Source of the DNA: Macrostomum lignano
Taxonomy: Eukaryota
Length of the DNA stretch: 64,000 nucleotides
Direction: 5' to 3'
Assembly: GCA_002269645.1 (NCBI GenBank)
Contig: NIVC01001659.1
Span: 1-64,000, forward strand
Shown here: positions 23,801-35,571 of the stretch, piece by piece
Position numbering within the stretch: the first letter of the stretch is position 1
How the letters are laid out: the number at the start of each line of letters is the position of its first letter
The notes under the pieces: model-generated
Seen by the model: only the letters and a program-made list of their open reading frames with translations
What the model was told of the DNA's origin: nothing
Databases searched by the model: none
Made by a program: the position numbers and the translations under genes

Positions 23801-26800
23801 GCGCCGTCCGCGACCGCCTGTGCAAGAAAAAACGAAAGCTTGAGCCGGGGGGAATTCCAGAGGGGAATAGGGGTGCTGAGCCGGGGGGGAATTCCACAGG
23901 GGAATAGAGGAGCTGAGCCCGGGGGGAATTCCACAGGGGAATAGAGGAGCTGAGCCCGGGGGGAATTCCACAGGGGAATAGAGGAGCTGAGCCGGGAAGA
24001 ATTCCACAGGGGAATAGAGGAGCTGAGCCGGGAAGAATTCCACAGGGGAATAGAGGAGCTGAGCCGGGGGGAATTCCACAGGGGAATAGAGGAGCTGAGC
24101 CGGGGAGAATTCCACAGGGGAATAGAGGAGCTGAGCCGGGGGGAATTCCACAGGGGAATTGGGGAACTGAGCCCGGGGTGAATTTCACAAAAGAATAGGG
24201 AAACTGAGCCCATGGGAATTTTTTTTAATTAGAGGCAGGGGGGTTTGTGTGCACCCTGGCGCACTTTAAGCGACATAGACACACAACCGGCGAGAGGCAT
24301 TACTGCCCATTCCGCCGACTCGCCTGAGCAGGCATACAAGCGCGCGGATACGTACACAGGCACACACTCACACAGGAGTGTAAAACGGCCCTAATTTTAT
24401 TTTATCGTTAGGCATGTACACTTCACTGCGCCTTGGGGGGTTGGCTCTCAAGGCCGTTAATTGCACAAGCAGAGAGCCAAGCCGAGATTCCAATTCAGCC
24501 CCAAATTAATGTGACTTGCACTTGGAATCGAGCCTGGGTCGCTGGCACACCAGAGCAGCTGCGCTACCGCTCGGCTACGGCCCCCCTTGCCCAGGGGAAT
24601 TCCACAGGGGAATTGGGGAGCTGAGCCTGGGGGAATTCCACAGGGGAATTGGGGAGCTGAGCCTGGGGGAATTCCACAGGGGAATAGGGGATCTGAGCCT
24701 GGGGGAATTCCACAGGGAAATTGGGGAGTTGAGCCCGAGCTGTCTGCGGTATTTCACAGGCAAACATTGGCAAAACTTGGAAGCCCAACCTTGAGATAGC
24801 CGACCATGTCCAGGCGGAAGTTGAAGTCGCCGAACAGAAAGGTCGGGAGTTCGATGCTCGCCGACCCGTCGCGCAGCTGGTCGAGCGTCCAGTTGAAAGC
24901 GCCGCGTCTGAAGTCCGCGTAGATTGACGGCGTCTGCGGGACGAAGTGGCTGCTATGATTCGATATCTGCCGTCTGTGACTACTGGATACCTGCCGTCTG
25001 TGACTACTGGATATCTGCCGTCTGTGACTACTGGATACCTGCCGTCTGTGACTACTGGATATCTGCCGTCTGTGATTACTGGATACCTGCCGTCTGTGAC
25101 TACTGGATACCTACCGTCTGTGATTACTGGGTACCTGCCGTCTGTGACTACTGGACAACTGCCGTCTGTGACATCCACATCCTGCAGAGTAACTGCCACA
25201 TCCTATGGGATAACTATAACATCATATAAAATTATATCTGCCTATTGGATGACTGCCCTATAGATCGAACAACACTTCTGCGATATCTGCCAATCTGCCG
25301 AACTTACCCGAGACATGCTCTCCAGATTTGAGTCGTCGTGAAACAGGTGCACATTGACCAAGTCAAAGCTGAGCCGCCCCACCTGCCAGCGGGTGCGCAT
25401 GTAGCCTTTGCGAGACCAGGTGCGCTGCGGGCCGAACGGGAGGGTGGGAGCTGCATGGCCGATTGATATTAAACTGGGGTAGCACCCGGCACCGGGTGAA
25501 TAAGGGGCTGAGGTAGGCTAGCACCAGGTGTACATGAGCCCAGATGGGCTAGCACCAGGTGCACATGAGCCCAGGTGGGCAAGCACCAGGTGCACATGAG
25601 CCCAGGTGGGCAAGCACCAGGTGCACATGAGCCCAGGTGGGCAAGCACCAGGTGTACATGAGCCCAGCGGGCTAGCACCAAGTGACAAATGCAAACACCA
25701 ATGCCAACAACACACATGGCAGACAACACACATGGCAGACAACACACATGGCAGACAACACACATGGCAGACAACACACATGGCAGACAACTCACATGGC
25801 AGACAACACACATGACAACAACACACATGGCAGACAACTCACATTGGGAAAAAGTTCCAATGGAAATTTCTGCTTGTCCTTTTCGCCCACCGATTCGATG
25901 GACCCGTCGTAGACCTGAAAGCAACGTCGGCGTGCGTTACATGACAAGATTTCAACGAGAGAACTTTATAATCGTATGAGAGAAAAGGAGCAATACGAAG
26001 GTAAAGATTCAGATCCTCAGTTGCTGGGCCAGTCCCCCAGATCCTCAGTTGCTGGGCCAGTCCCCCAGATCCTCAGTTGCTGGGCCAGTCCCCCAGATCC
26101 TCAGTTGCTGGGCCAGTCCCCCAGATCCTCAGTTGCTGGGCCAGTCCCCCAGATCCTCAGTTGCTGGGCCAGTCCCCCAGATCCTCAGTTGCTGGGCCAG
26201 TCCCCCAGATCCTCAGTTGCTGGGCCAGTCCCCCAGATCCTCAGTTGCTGGGCCAGCCTCCCAGATCCTCAGTTGCTGGGCCAGTCCACCAGATCCTCAG
26301 TTGCTGGGCCAGCTTCCCAGATCCCCAGTCGCTGGGCCAGTCCCCCAGATCCTCAGTTGCTGGGCCAGCCTCCCAGATTCTCAGTTGCTGGACCAGCCTC
26401 CCAGATCCTCAGTTGCTGGGCCAGCCTCCCAGATCCCCAGTCGCTGGGCCAGCCTCCCAGATCCCCAGTCGCTGGGCCAGTCCCCCAGATCCTCAGTTGC
26501 TGGGCCAGCCTCCCAGATTCTCAGTTGCTGGACCAGCCTCCCAGATCCTCAGTTGCTGGGCCAGCCTCCCAGATCCCCAGTCGCTGGGCCAGTCCCCCAG
26601 ATCCTCAGTTGCTGGGCCAGCCTCCCAGATCCTCAGTTGCTGGGCCAGTCCACCAGATCCTCAGTTGCTGGGCCAGCCTCCCAGATCCCCAGTCGCTGGG
26701 CCAGTCCCCCAGATCCTCAGTTGCTGGGCCAGCCTCCCAGATTCTCAGTTGCTGGACCAGCCTCCCAGATCCTCAGTTGCTGGGCCAGCCTCCCAGATCC

Positions 26801-29800
26801 CCAGTCGCTGGGCCAGCCTCCCAGATCCCCAGTCGCTGGGCCAGTCCCCCAGATCCTCAGTTGCTGGGCCAGCCTCCCAGATTCTCAGTTGCTGGACCAG
26901 CCTCCCAGATCCTCAGTTGCTGGGCCAGCCTCCCAGATCCCCAGTCGCTGGGCCAGTCCCCCAGATCCTCAGTTGCTGGGCCAGCCTCCCAGATTCTCAG
27001 TTGCTGGACCAGCCTCCCAGATCCTCAGTTGCTGGGCCAGCCTCCCAGATCCCCAGTCGCTGGGCCAGTCCCCCAGATCCTCAGTTGCTGGGCCAGTCCA
27101 CCAGATCCTCAGTTGCTGGGCCAGCCTCCCAGATCCCCAGTCGCTGGGCCAGCTTCCCAGATCCCCAGTCGCTGGGCCAGCTTCCCAGATCCCCAGTCGC
27201 TGGGCCAGCCTCCCAGATCCCCAGTCGCTAGGCCAGCCTCCCAGATCCCCAGTCGCTAGGCCTCGCTCCTGACTCTTTCTAATTAATCAATCCAGCACAA
27301 TATCGTAAAAGCCGCAGCCTCTGCGTGCTGCAATCCGGAGGAGGCGATCCCAGCGCATCAGCTGGAGCCGCCAGAAGGCAAAAATCTGGCAGCCGTTTTT
27401 GGCAGACGGGTTTGAGCCGTTGCTGGGGCTCTGGGCGGCTTAGAGATTAATGGCTGGGGTTTGGCCTCGCAGACTCAGTGGGAATCAAAAGTGCACGGGA
27501 GAACTCAGAGTTCGGAGCAGAGCAGAGACGATGGCTGCTCAAATATTTATTGACATCGGGCTGGCTTTGAAGAGCCGAGAGAGGCGTCAGTCCGCCTGGA
27601 GCGGGTCGATAGCCAAAGGCAAGTCAAACAGGTCCGGGTGGAAGCAGATTTCGGAGTGCAATGCCACAGATCTCGGAGCAGACTCTGTGCAGCATCGGAT
27701 GGCGTGGGTCAGGATGAGATTCTCAGTGTGGGTCAGGGTGAGATTCTCAGTGTGGGTCAGGGTGAGATTCTCAGTGTGGGTCAGGGTGAGATTCTCAGTG
27801 TGGGTCAGGGTGAGATTCTCAGTGTGGGTCAGGGTGAGATTCTCAGTGTGAGCCAGGGTGAGATTCTCAGTGTGGGTCAGGGTGAGATTCTCAGTGTGGG
27901 TCAGGGTGAGATTCTCAGTGTGGGTCAGGGTGAGATTCTCAGTGTGGGTCAGGGTGAGATTCTCAGTGTGGGTCAGGGTGAGATTCTCAGTGTGGGTCAG
28001 GGTGAGATTCTCAGTGTGAGCCAGGGTGAGATTCTCAGTGTGGGTCAGGGTGAGATTCTCAGTGTGGGCCAGGGTGAGATTCTCAGTGTGGGTCAGGATG
28101 AGATTCTGGATTTGGGTCAGGGTGAGATTCTTGATTTGGGTCAGGGTGAGATTCTCAATGTGGATCAGGGTGAGATTCTCAGTGTGGGTCAGGGTGAGAT
28201 TCTCAGTGTGGGCCAGGGTGAGATTCTCAGTGTGGGCCAGGGTGAGATTCTCAGTGTGGGTCAGGGTGAGATTCTCAATAATTATCATATCAACGCGTGG
28301 CTCTCGTGGGTCCAAAATAAACCTGAATGTCCGCCACGAGAGCCCCCAGACTCACCTTGGTATCTTTAACGTTGACAAAGTCGGAGCTGGCGAAGTCCCA
28401 GATGCGGATGTCAGCGACTCGCGAGTGTACGAAGTAGAGCGAGCCCAGGGCCTGTGGAGGGATGGGATCAGTGAGTCATAGCTCTGTGGGATAAGTGAGT
28501 CATGGCTCTGTGGGATCAGCGAGTCATGGCTCTGTGGGATCAGCGAGTCATGGCTCTGTGGGATAAGTGAGTCATGGCTCTGTGGGATCAGCGAGTCATG
28601 GCTCTGTGGGATCAGTGAGTCATGGCTCTGTGGGATCAGTGAGTCATGGCTCTGTGGGATCAGTGAGTCATGGCTCTGTGGGATCAGCGAGTCATGGCTC
28701 TGTGGGATAAGTGAGTCATGGCTCTGTGGGATCAGTGAGTCATGGCTCTGTGGGATCAGTGAGTCATGGCTCTGTGGGATCAGCGAGTCATGGCTCTGTG
28801 GGATCAGTGAGTCATGGCTCTGTGGGATCAGCGAGTCATGGCTCTGTGAGATCAGTGAGTCATGGCTATATGGGTGCGGTGGGCGATATATCTATGGGTG
28901 ATGTCGGTTATAGACTTATAGCTCTGTAGACTTTGTGAGCCTGTGCGTGAGGATCGTGGCTGTATGAGGGTCATGGCTCTGTGCTGTCTATGGAATGGGT
29001 GATTCTCATATCTGTGGTCCACAACAGACTCAGAGCCAGCACGAACCGTGAAGGTTTCAGCAGTTTTGAAGTCTTCGTCTAGGAATATGCGAACTCTGTC
29101 ATAATTTTTTAGGTCTGGCGACGCCAGCAGATCTCTGCAAATTTGATTACAGGTGAGTCATTTATAATGCCAATATCAATAAAAATCAACTAACTCTTTA
29201 CTAAAGCAATAAATCTGTCAATCTGCTCGCTCATCGATCATCAATCAATCTGCTCGCCCATCGATCATCAATCAATCTGCTCGCCCATCGATCATCAATC
29301 AATCTGCTCGCCCATCGATCATCAATCAATCTGCTCGCCCATCGATCATCAATCAATCTGCTCGCCCATCGATCATCAATCAATCTGCTCGCCCATCGAT
29401 CATCAATCAATCAATCTGCTCGCCCATCGATCATCAATCAATAAATCTGCTCGCCCATCGATCATCAATCAATCTGCTCTCCCATCGATCATCAATCAAT
29501 CAATCTGCTCTCCCATCGATCATCAATCAATCAATCTGCTCTCCCATCGATCATCAATCAATCAATCTGCTCTCCCATCGATCATCAATCAATCTGCTCG
29601 CCCATCGATCATCAATCAATCAATCTGCTCGCCCATCGATCATCAATCAATAAATCTGCTCGCCCATCGATCATCAATCAATCTGCTCTCCCATCGATCA
29701 TCAATCAATCAATCTGCTCTCCCATCGATCATCAATCAATCAATCTGCTCGCCCATCGATCATCAATCAATCTGCTCGCCCATCGATCATCAATCAATCT

Positions 29801-32448
29801 GCTCGCCCATCGATCATCAATCAATCAATCTGCTCGCCCATCGATCATCAATCAATAAATCTGCTCGCCCATCGATCATCAATCAATCTGCTCTCCCATC
29901 GATCATCAATCAATCAATCTGCTCTCCCATCGATCATCAATCAATCAATCTGCTCGCCCATCGATCATCAATCAATCTGCTCGCCCATCGATCATCAATC
30001 AATCTGCTCTCCCATCGATCATCAATCAATCAATCTGCTCGCCCATCGATCATCAATCAATAAATCTGCTCGCCCATCGATCATCAATCAATCTGCTCTC
30101 CCATCGATCATCAATCAATCAATCTGCTCGCCCATCATCAATCAATCAATCTGCTCGCCCATCGATCATCAATCAATAAATCTGCTCGCCCATCGATCAT
30201 CAATCAATCTGCTCTCCCATCGATCATCAATCAATCAATCTGCTCTCCCATCGATCATCAATCAATCAATCTGCTCTCCCATCGATCATCAATCAATCAA
30301 TCTGCTCTCCCATCGATCATCAATCAATCAATCTGCTCTCCCATCGATCATCAATCAATCAATCTGCTCTCCCATCGATCATCAATCAATAAATCTGCTC
30401 GCCCATCGATCATCAATCAATCTGCTCTCCCATCGATCATCAATCAATCAATCTGCTCTCCCATCGATCATCAATCAATCAATCTGCTCGCCCATCGATC
30501 ATCAATCAATCTGCTCGCCCATCGATCATCAATCAATCTGCTCTCCCATCGATCATCAATCAATCAATCTGCTCGCCCATCGATCATCAATCAATAAATC
30601 TGCTCTCCCATCGATCATCAATCAATCAATCTGCTCGCCCATCATCAATCAATCAATAAATCTGCTCGCCCATCATCAATCAATCAATCTGCTCGCCCAT
30701 CGATCATCAATCAATAAATCTGCTCGCCCATCGATCATCAATCAATCTGCTCTCCCATCGATCATCAATCAATCAATCTGCTCTCCCATCGATCATCAAT
30801 CAATCAATCTGCTCTCCCATCGATCATCAATCAATCAATCTGCTCTCCCATCGATCATCAATCAATCAATCTGCTCTCCCATCGATCATCAATCAATCAA
30901 TCTGCTCTCCCATCGATCATCAATCAATCAATCTGCTCTCCCATCGATCATCAATCAATCTGCTCTCCCATCCATCATCAATCAATCAATCTGCTCTCCC
31001 ATCCATCATCAATCAATCTGCTCTCCCATCCATCATCAATCAATCAATCTGCTCTCCCATCGATCATCAATCAATCAATCTGCTCTCCCATCCATCATCA
31101 ATCAATCAATCTGCTCGCCCATCGATCATCAATCAATCTGCTCGCCCATCGATCATCAATCAATCTGCTCTCCCATCCATCATCAATCAATCAATCTGCT
31201 CTCCCATCGATCATCAATCAATCAATCTGCTCTCCCATCCATCATCAATCAATCAATCTGCTCGCCCATCGATCATCAATCAATCTGCTCGCCCATCGAT
31301 CATCAATCAATCAATCTGCTCTCCCACCGATCATCAATCAATAAATCTGCTCGCCCATCGATCATCAATCAATCAATCTCCTCCCCATCGGTCATCAATC
31401 ATTACAGTAATCTTACTGAATCCACTTTTTCACGTTCGGCATTGACTGGGCAAAGTTTTTGCCGCCGACCTCCTGGCAGTGCAGAGCGATGAAGTCGGGG
31501 TCTTTGTCCCTGACGACCTGCATAATTAGCAGTTTGTGCAAGCTTGACTTCCAGATATCAAATTCCCTCAGCAACATATTTAAAGTTTCCACCCCGGAAA
31601 CCAGTGGGCAACTTTTCTCAGATCTCAGCGCCCCAAGTGACGCAATTCACACCAGGCCCGCGGTTCTCGTCTCAAACGTGGGCGATGATGCGATTCGCGT
31701 CACGAGTATAGCTTAAAGTTTTAAACAAGCAGCATAATTTTTATTTGTTTTAAACAACGCACCTGATAGAACTGATTCAGCCACTTCTTGAAGAGATTCT
31801 CGGGCTAAAATTTGAAATGTGATTCTAGAGAAGGGAGGACAGGCAGTAGAGTTCAAGAATTTAAAACAATTGTTATAATTTTTTACATCTGCTAGAAGAT
31901 TGATTTAAATATTTTATAGAATTTGAAGGTTTTGCCATGGAGAAGGTATGGTTGTAAAGATTTATAGCAAATCCAGATGTTTATAAGGATGTAATATGAA
32001 CAAGACAAAATAAATATGCACTTGGTTGTGTGAAATTATATGCTGCAAAATATATAAATAATTACATAAACTTATTTATTTCTGATTAAGGTTAGGAGTT
32101 GAAAGTCTGATCCAAATTAGCTGCTAGTAAAAATCCATGAAAATTATATCTATACAATAGTTTAGTTATAAACACAAAAATACTCTATTAGTTTAAAAAT
32201 GAACTAAAAAACACAAATAACAAACCTAAATTAATGACAATGACATCATCAGTTATTAACTAGATTGTTGTTTAATGTTTTAATGTTTTAATGAATTTCT
32301 ATTAAAAACAAGGTAAACCTATATTAAATAAATCAATCAACCATGATGATCATACTAAAATTTACTTGCCTCAATCAGCAATAGCACTTACATCATCAAA
32401 CAATGATCCTACATTTGCTGAGATAAGAAGGGTTTTAAGATTTTTCAT
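20847..32448 (-). CDS. INPP5A: Type I inositol-1,4,5-trisphosphate 5-phosphatase (INPP5A-like), 11 exons, 459 aa
   Basis: Exons (5' to 3') 32448-32392, 31804-31763, 31517-31417, 29134-29047, 28451-28356, 25914-25843, 25424-25308, 24933-24790, 23817-23635, 23167-22864, 21022-20847; total 1380 nt, all GT-AG and in phase. Motifs: [99 protein letters not shown]. Confidence 0.95.
21160..21500. repeat. 20-bp G-rich minisatellite (GGAGACAGGCAGTGAGGGGA) in INPP5A intron 10
   Basis: Directly visible. Confidence 0.9.
22065..22815. repeat. 15-bp minisatellite (CCAGCTACAGGTGTA) in INPP5A intron 10
   Basis: About 50 copies visible. Confidence 0.95.
23235..23610. repeat. ~22-bp repeat (CACATCATTATCACATCAGTCA) in INPP5A intron 9
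   Basis: Directly visible. Confidence 0.85.
23840..24745. repeat. ~35-bp minisatellite (GGGGGAATTCCACAGGGGAATAGAGGAGCTGAGCC) in INPP5A intron 8, split by a SINE
   Basis: The same unit occurs at 23840-24218 and 24589-24745. Confidence 0.9.
24219..24586 (-). mobile_element. tRNA-derived SINE (~370 bp)
   Basis: The minus strand begins GGGGGCCGTAGCCGAGCGGTAGCGC (A box TAGCCGAGCGG) ... GGCTCGATTCC (B box, one mismatch) and ends TAATTAAAAAAAA. It is flanked by GCCCATGGGAATT and GCCCAGGGGAATT direct repeats. Confidence 0.7.
24965..25170. repeat. 24-bp minisatellite (GATACCTGCCGTCTGTGACTACTG) in INPP5A intron 7
   Basis: Directly visible. Confidence 0.9.
25520..25842. repeat. Two adjacent arrays in INPP5A intron 6: a ~31-bp GCACCAGGTGCACATGAGCCCAGGTGGGCAA unit and a 16-bp CACACATGGCAGACAA unit
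   Basis: Directly visible; the 16-mer abuts the splice donor. Confidence 0.9.
26010..27265. repeat. 28-bp minisatellite (CCAGATCCTCAGTTGCTGGGCCAGCCTC) in INPP5A intron 5
   Basis: About 45 copies with variant units; explains ORFs 25976-27272. Confidence 0.95.
27705..28278. repeat. 24-bp minisatellite (GGTCAGGGTGAGATTCTCAGTGTG) in INPP5A intron 5
   Basis: Directly visible. Confidence 0.95.
28465..28870. repeat. 24-bp minisatellite (GGGATCAGTGAGTCATGGCTCTGT) in INPP5A intron 4, next to the acceptor
   Basis: Directly visible. Confidence 0.95.
29215..31400. repeat. 27/31-bp minisatellite (TCGATCATCAATCAATCTGCTCGCCCA, with or without an extra TCAA) filling INPP5A intron 3
   Basis: An array of ~2.2 kb, directly visible. 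Confidence 0.95.
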
Positions 32449-33455
32449 TGCAAGAGACTGTGCCTTGTAACTTGAATACATTTTAAATTCTAATACTGCA
32501 TTGTTGGTAATAAGAAATGACAATGCAACTACAACAACAGATACCAAAATGAAACGTTTTTTGAATACTTTATTTTGAATTGATCCCACTTTTGCGCTTA
32601 GGAGGAAATTTTATCCTTTTCAGATAAAGCTTTTTATAAAGTAGACAAATGATGCTGCGTTTCTTACAGTCCAGCTAAGTATTGATATACTTAAAGTTAA
32701 AATGAATACAGAAGTGGCAAACTTAATAAAAATAAACACTAAAAAACGACGAACAACTACTTCTAATCAGCCTAAACAATTTAATGTATTTAATAAAACT
32801 GTATTCGTGACTTTAAAACGTTAGGTATCGTACCTCAAAAACCAAACATTACAGTTTTCATGGAATATTTTTAGTATTTTGATATTTTTTAATTGAACTT
32901 CGCTGAATTTTCGCTTAGTTATTTACCTGTTTTGATTGCAGTTTACTTTATATCAAAAACACACTACAAGGTTTTACTCTAAAGCTTATTTAACTTCTTG
33001 AGTATGCTTCAATGTCTATTTTTTCGTTTGTTATATTTTGAAACAATTTGCATTGCTACCGTAGAACTGGCATCGTTTGATTATGGCTATGAGTACACGA
33101 GTATATTTCATTATATTAAGAGTAAACCTCTTAAATTTCCTCTTAAAGATTTTCCTGATAACATGTGTATACGCTAATACTTTACTGGTTCCTGAATCAA
33201 ACCCTGAACTCGAACCAAATACAACTGACATGGAAATTGCCTCCTGTGCGGACGGACTGTACGTACCTATACGTACTGTATGTGCTCTGACATTCATCAG
33301 GATAAAACTGAGTGGGCATTCGACATTGTGATTTTATTTTTTACAATAAACCAATCTCAATGCAGTCACAATTTATACTCGTATGCGTGTAGTAATGCAG
33401 GCCTCGTGTAAGCTTTGCTTTAAATTCTACAAGTCCGCTGAATGCGCATGCTAAC

Positions 33456-33647
33456 CATGGAGGAAAGAATAGAACGGAGAGCTAATCTGAGCCAGTTATT
33501 TTTATCTCGCTCGATTTTCGCTTTTAACATCCCTTTCCCCCGTTCCTTCCTATTGGCTGAAAGCATATTTTGATGCGAGCTCATACTATGCTGGGACAGA
33601 CCTTTCAGAGTAGAGGGGAACGAAAACGTTCTATTCTTTCCTCCATG
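33456..33647. mobile_element. hAT-type MITE, 192 bp, with perfect 21-bp TIRs and a perfect 8-bp TSD
   Basis: TIRs CATGGAGGAAAGAATAGAACG (33456-33476) and CGTTCTATTCTTTCCTCCATG (33627-33647); TSD ATGCTAAC at 33448-33455 and 33648-33655. Confidence 0.9.
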
Positions 33648-35571
33648 ATGCTAACCCAATGCCAATTGCATAGATTAATTATGGCAGGCCAGGGCGGGTC
33701 AAAATGTGGGTGAAACCAACGATATTTGCCCGCGGCCGATGTCTATGGCCAAACCAAAAGGCATATATTCTTTACATTTATGCCTCTCTTTGAAAACAAG
33801 AGCTAGGTGAATAAACAAGCAGAATCAATATCTAAAATAACAGATTAAAACAAAACATGAGCTAATAAATATTGCTCGTATTTACGTATACAATGGTAGA
33901 TTGTATAGTATGCAACTGAGTTGAATAATGGCCAAAACTCGAGTGCGCGTAGCGCACGAGTGTCTATGGCCATTATTCAACGAAGTTGCATACTATACAA
34001 GTGCATTGTATTTATACTTTCACTCAGCGCTCAGTCATTATTCCACACTTTTGCGGCCATTATTCCACACTTTTGTCGCTGTCATTATTCCACACTTTTT
34101 ATCATGCTTCAATTGGCTGTTTTAAGAGTTGTTTTACCCATAGACGACTGAGTGTGTGGCTTAGTTTGACCATAGACAACACTGTGATAAGTGCTGATTT
34201 TGCTTGCGTCTTGCAAGAAATCAGGAAAGCGAGTAGTGGGAGAAAAAGCTATTTGACTTGTCAAACAACTATGGCTATAGTGCATCTCGTCAAACAGCCG
34301 CGCTTATTAATTGAAAAAATCTTCCTGTCGACGACTGAACGAACCGTGCGGCGCTACCTAGGAAGAAAACGCGACCATGCAGTCTTCAACGCCTCGACGG
34401 CTATAAACGATGCCTGAAAGCGGCCAATCGATTCAGTCGAGCAGCCGACAGTCCCAAAGAATCCCAGCTTCGATACTGCGGTACCAAAGAAGCTTATCAG
34501 ACGAAGCTCATCAGTCGCATGCCAACTTAACCAAGACGTGTATCTTTCAAATGGTAAGTTCGGCAACTATACTTGAGCACCTGTATTTCTCTTTCATAGA
34601 AAACATTCAACATAGACCAACTCCTTTTGCAGTGCCAAATCATCAGGCTAAAGTGTCGAGCATCTTTGGAAACTGCGGCTTTGAGAACCGTGCATGTTTC
34701 ACTTTGGGTGACAAATTGATTTTTACATTGTCAAATTTCTACTACAAACTGATAAACTGCACTAGCTGTGACATTTATTATTAACTCTTTTCGTGTAGCT
34801 GGTACTTTAGTTTTAATGATTTTTCCTTTTTGTTCATTTACTTCTTGTTGCTCTGTATTTATTAACAAAAATACTGAGCGATGGATTTTTTCAATTTAAA
34901 ATGTCTATGGTACACATCAAAACTGTGGAATAATGGCCAAAATATTTTTTCATTGCGTCTGGGTAAAAGTATAATTACAATGAAAAGCAAGTATCTCTTC
35001 AATAGCTTGATTCTCCCAATAAGGATTAAATTGCTTGCTCCTAGGCTCAACTGGCTTGGAAAATGCTATAATATACGGATGGGCTGCTACGGGCAGAAAT
35101 TAACAAATCGGCCTCGGCGTTTCGCTCATTTCTGCCCTAAGCAGCCCATCCATATTGGTATATTACCGCAACAATTTTCTTCTTGAACAAATTCATAAAA
35201 TTAAGACGCAAATTAAATAGGGCAAAATCGGCAACCGACCGCTTGTAGCCAAGCTCATTGATGGAATCCGGAGCCGTATACATAACTTTTTACTTAATAA
35301 GAAGATTGGTACCTGAACGACAGTCAATAATCAAGTAGTCTTAGATAAGCACCTCGAGAAGTATTCGTATGGTCTTTCAGATGAAAACTTCGGACTGAGC
35401 CAATTAAAGTTCTTAAAAAGTATATTTTCATAAGAAAACCAGTATAAACTTTCTTGTTATTCCAATTAGACATTTTTGCTGAAAAATTAAAATAATCAAC
35501 TTGTATATATAGTAAGAGTCTAGAGTCGCTAACTATCTGCAATTTAGAGTTTCTCCTGGTTGAATTTCAGA

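Noticed and set aside
24515-24586. Possible tRNA gene
   Set aside because: A and B boxes are present but there is no complete cloverleaf or 3' acceptor stem, and the sequence continues into a body with an A tail; called a SINE instead.
27300-27700. GC-rich unique island in INPP5A intron 5 as a possible extra exon or nested gene
   Set aside because: The INPP5A model is complete and in phase without it, and no recognisable protein motif was found.
25976-28369. Long ORFs of 240-430 aa (PDPQLLGQ..., GQGEILSV..., HTENLTLT...)
   Set aside because: They are translations of intronic minisatellites inside the INPP5A gene.
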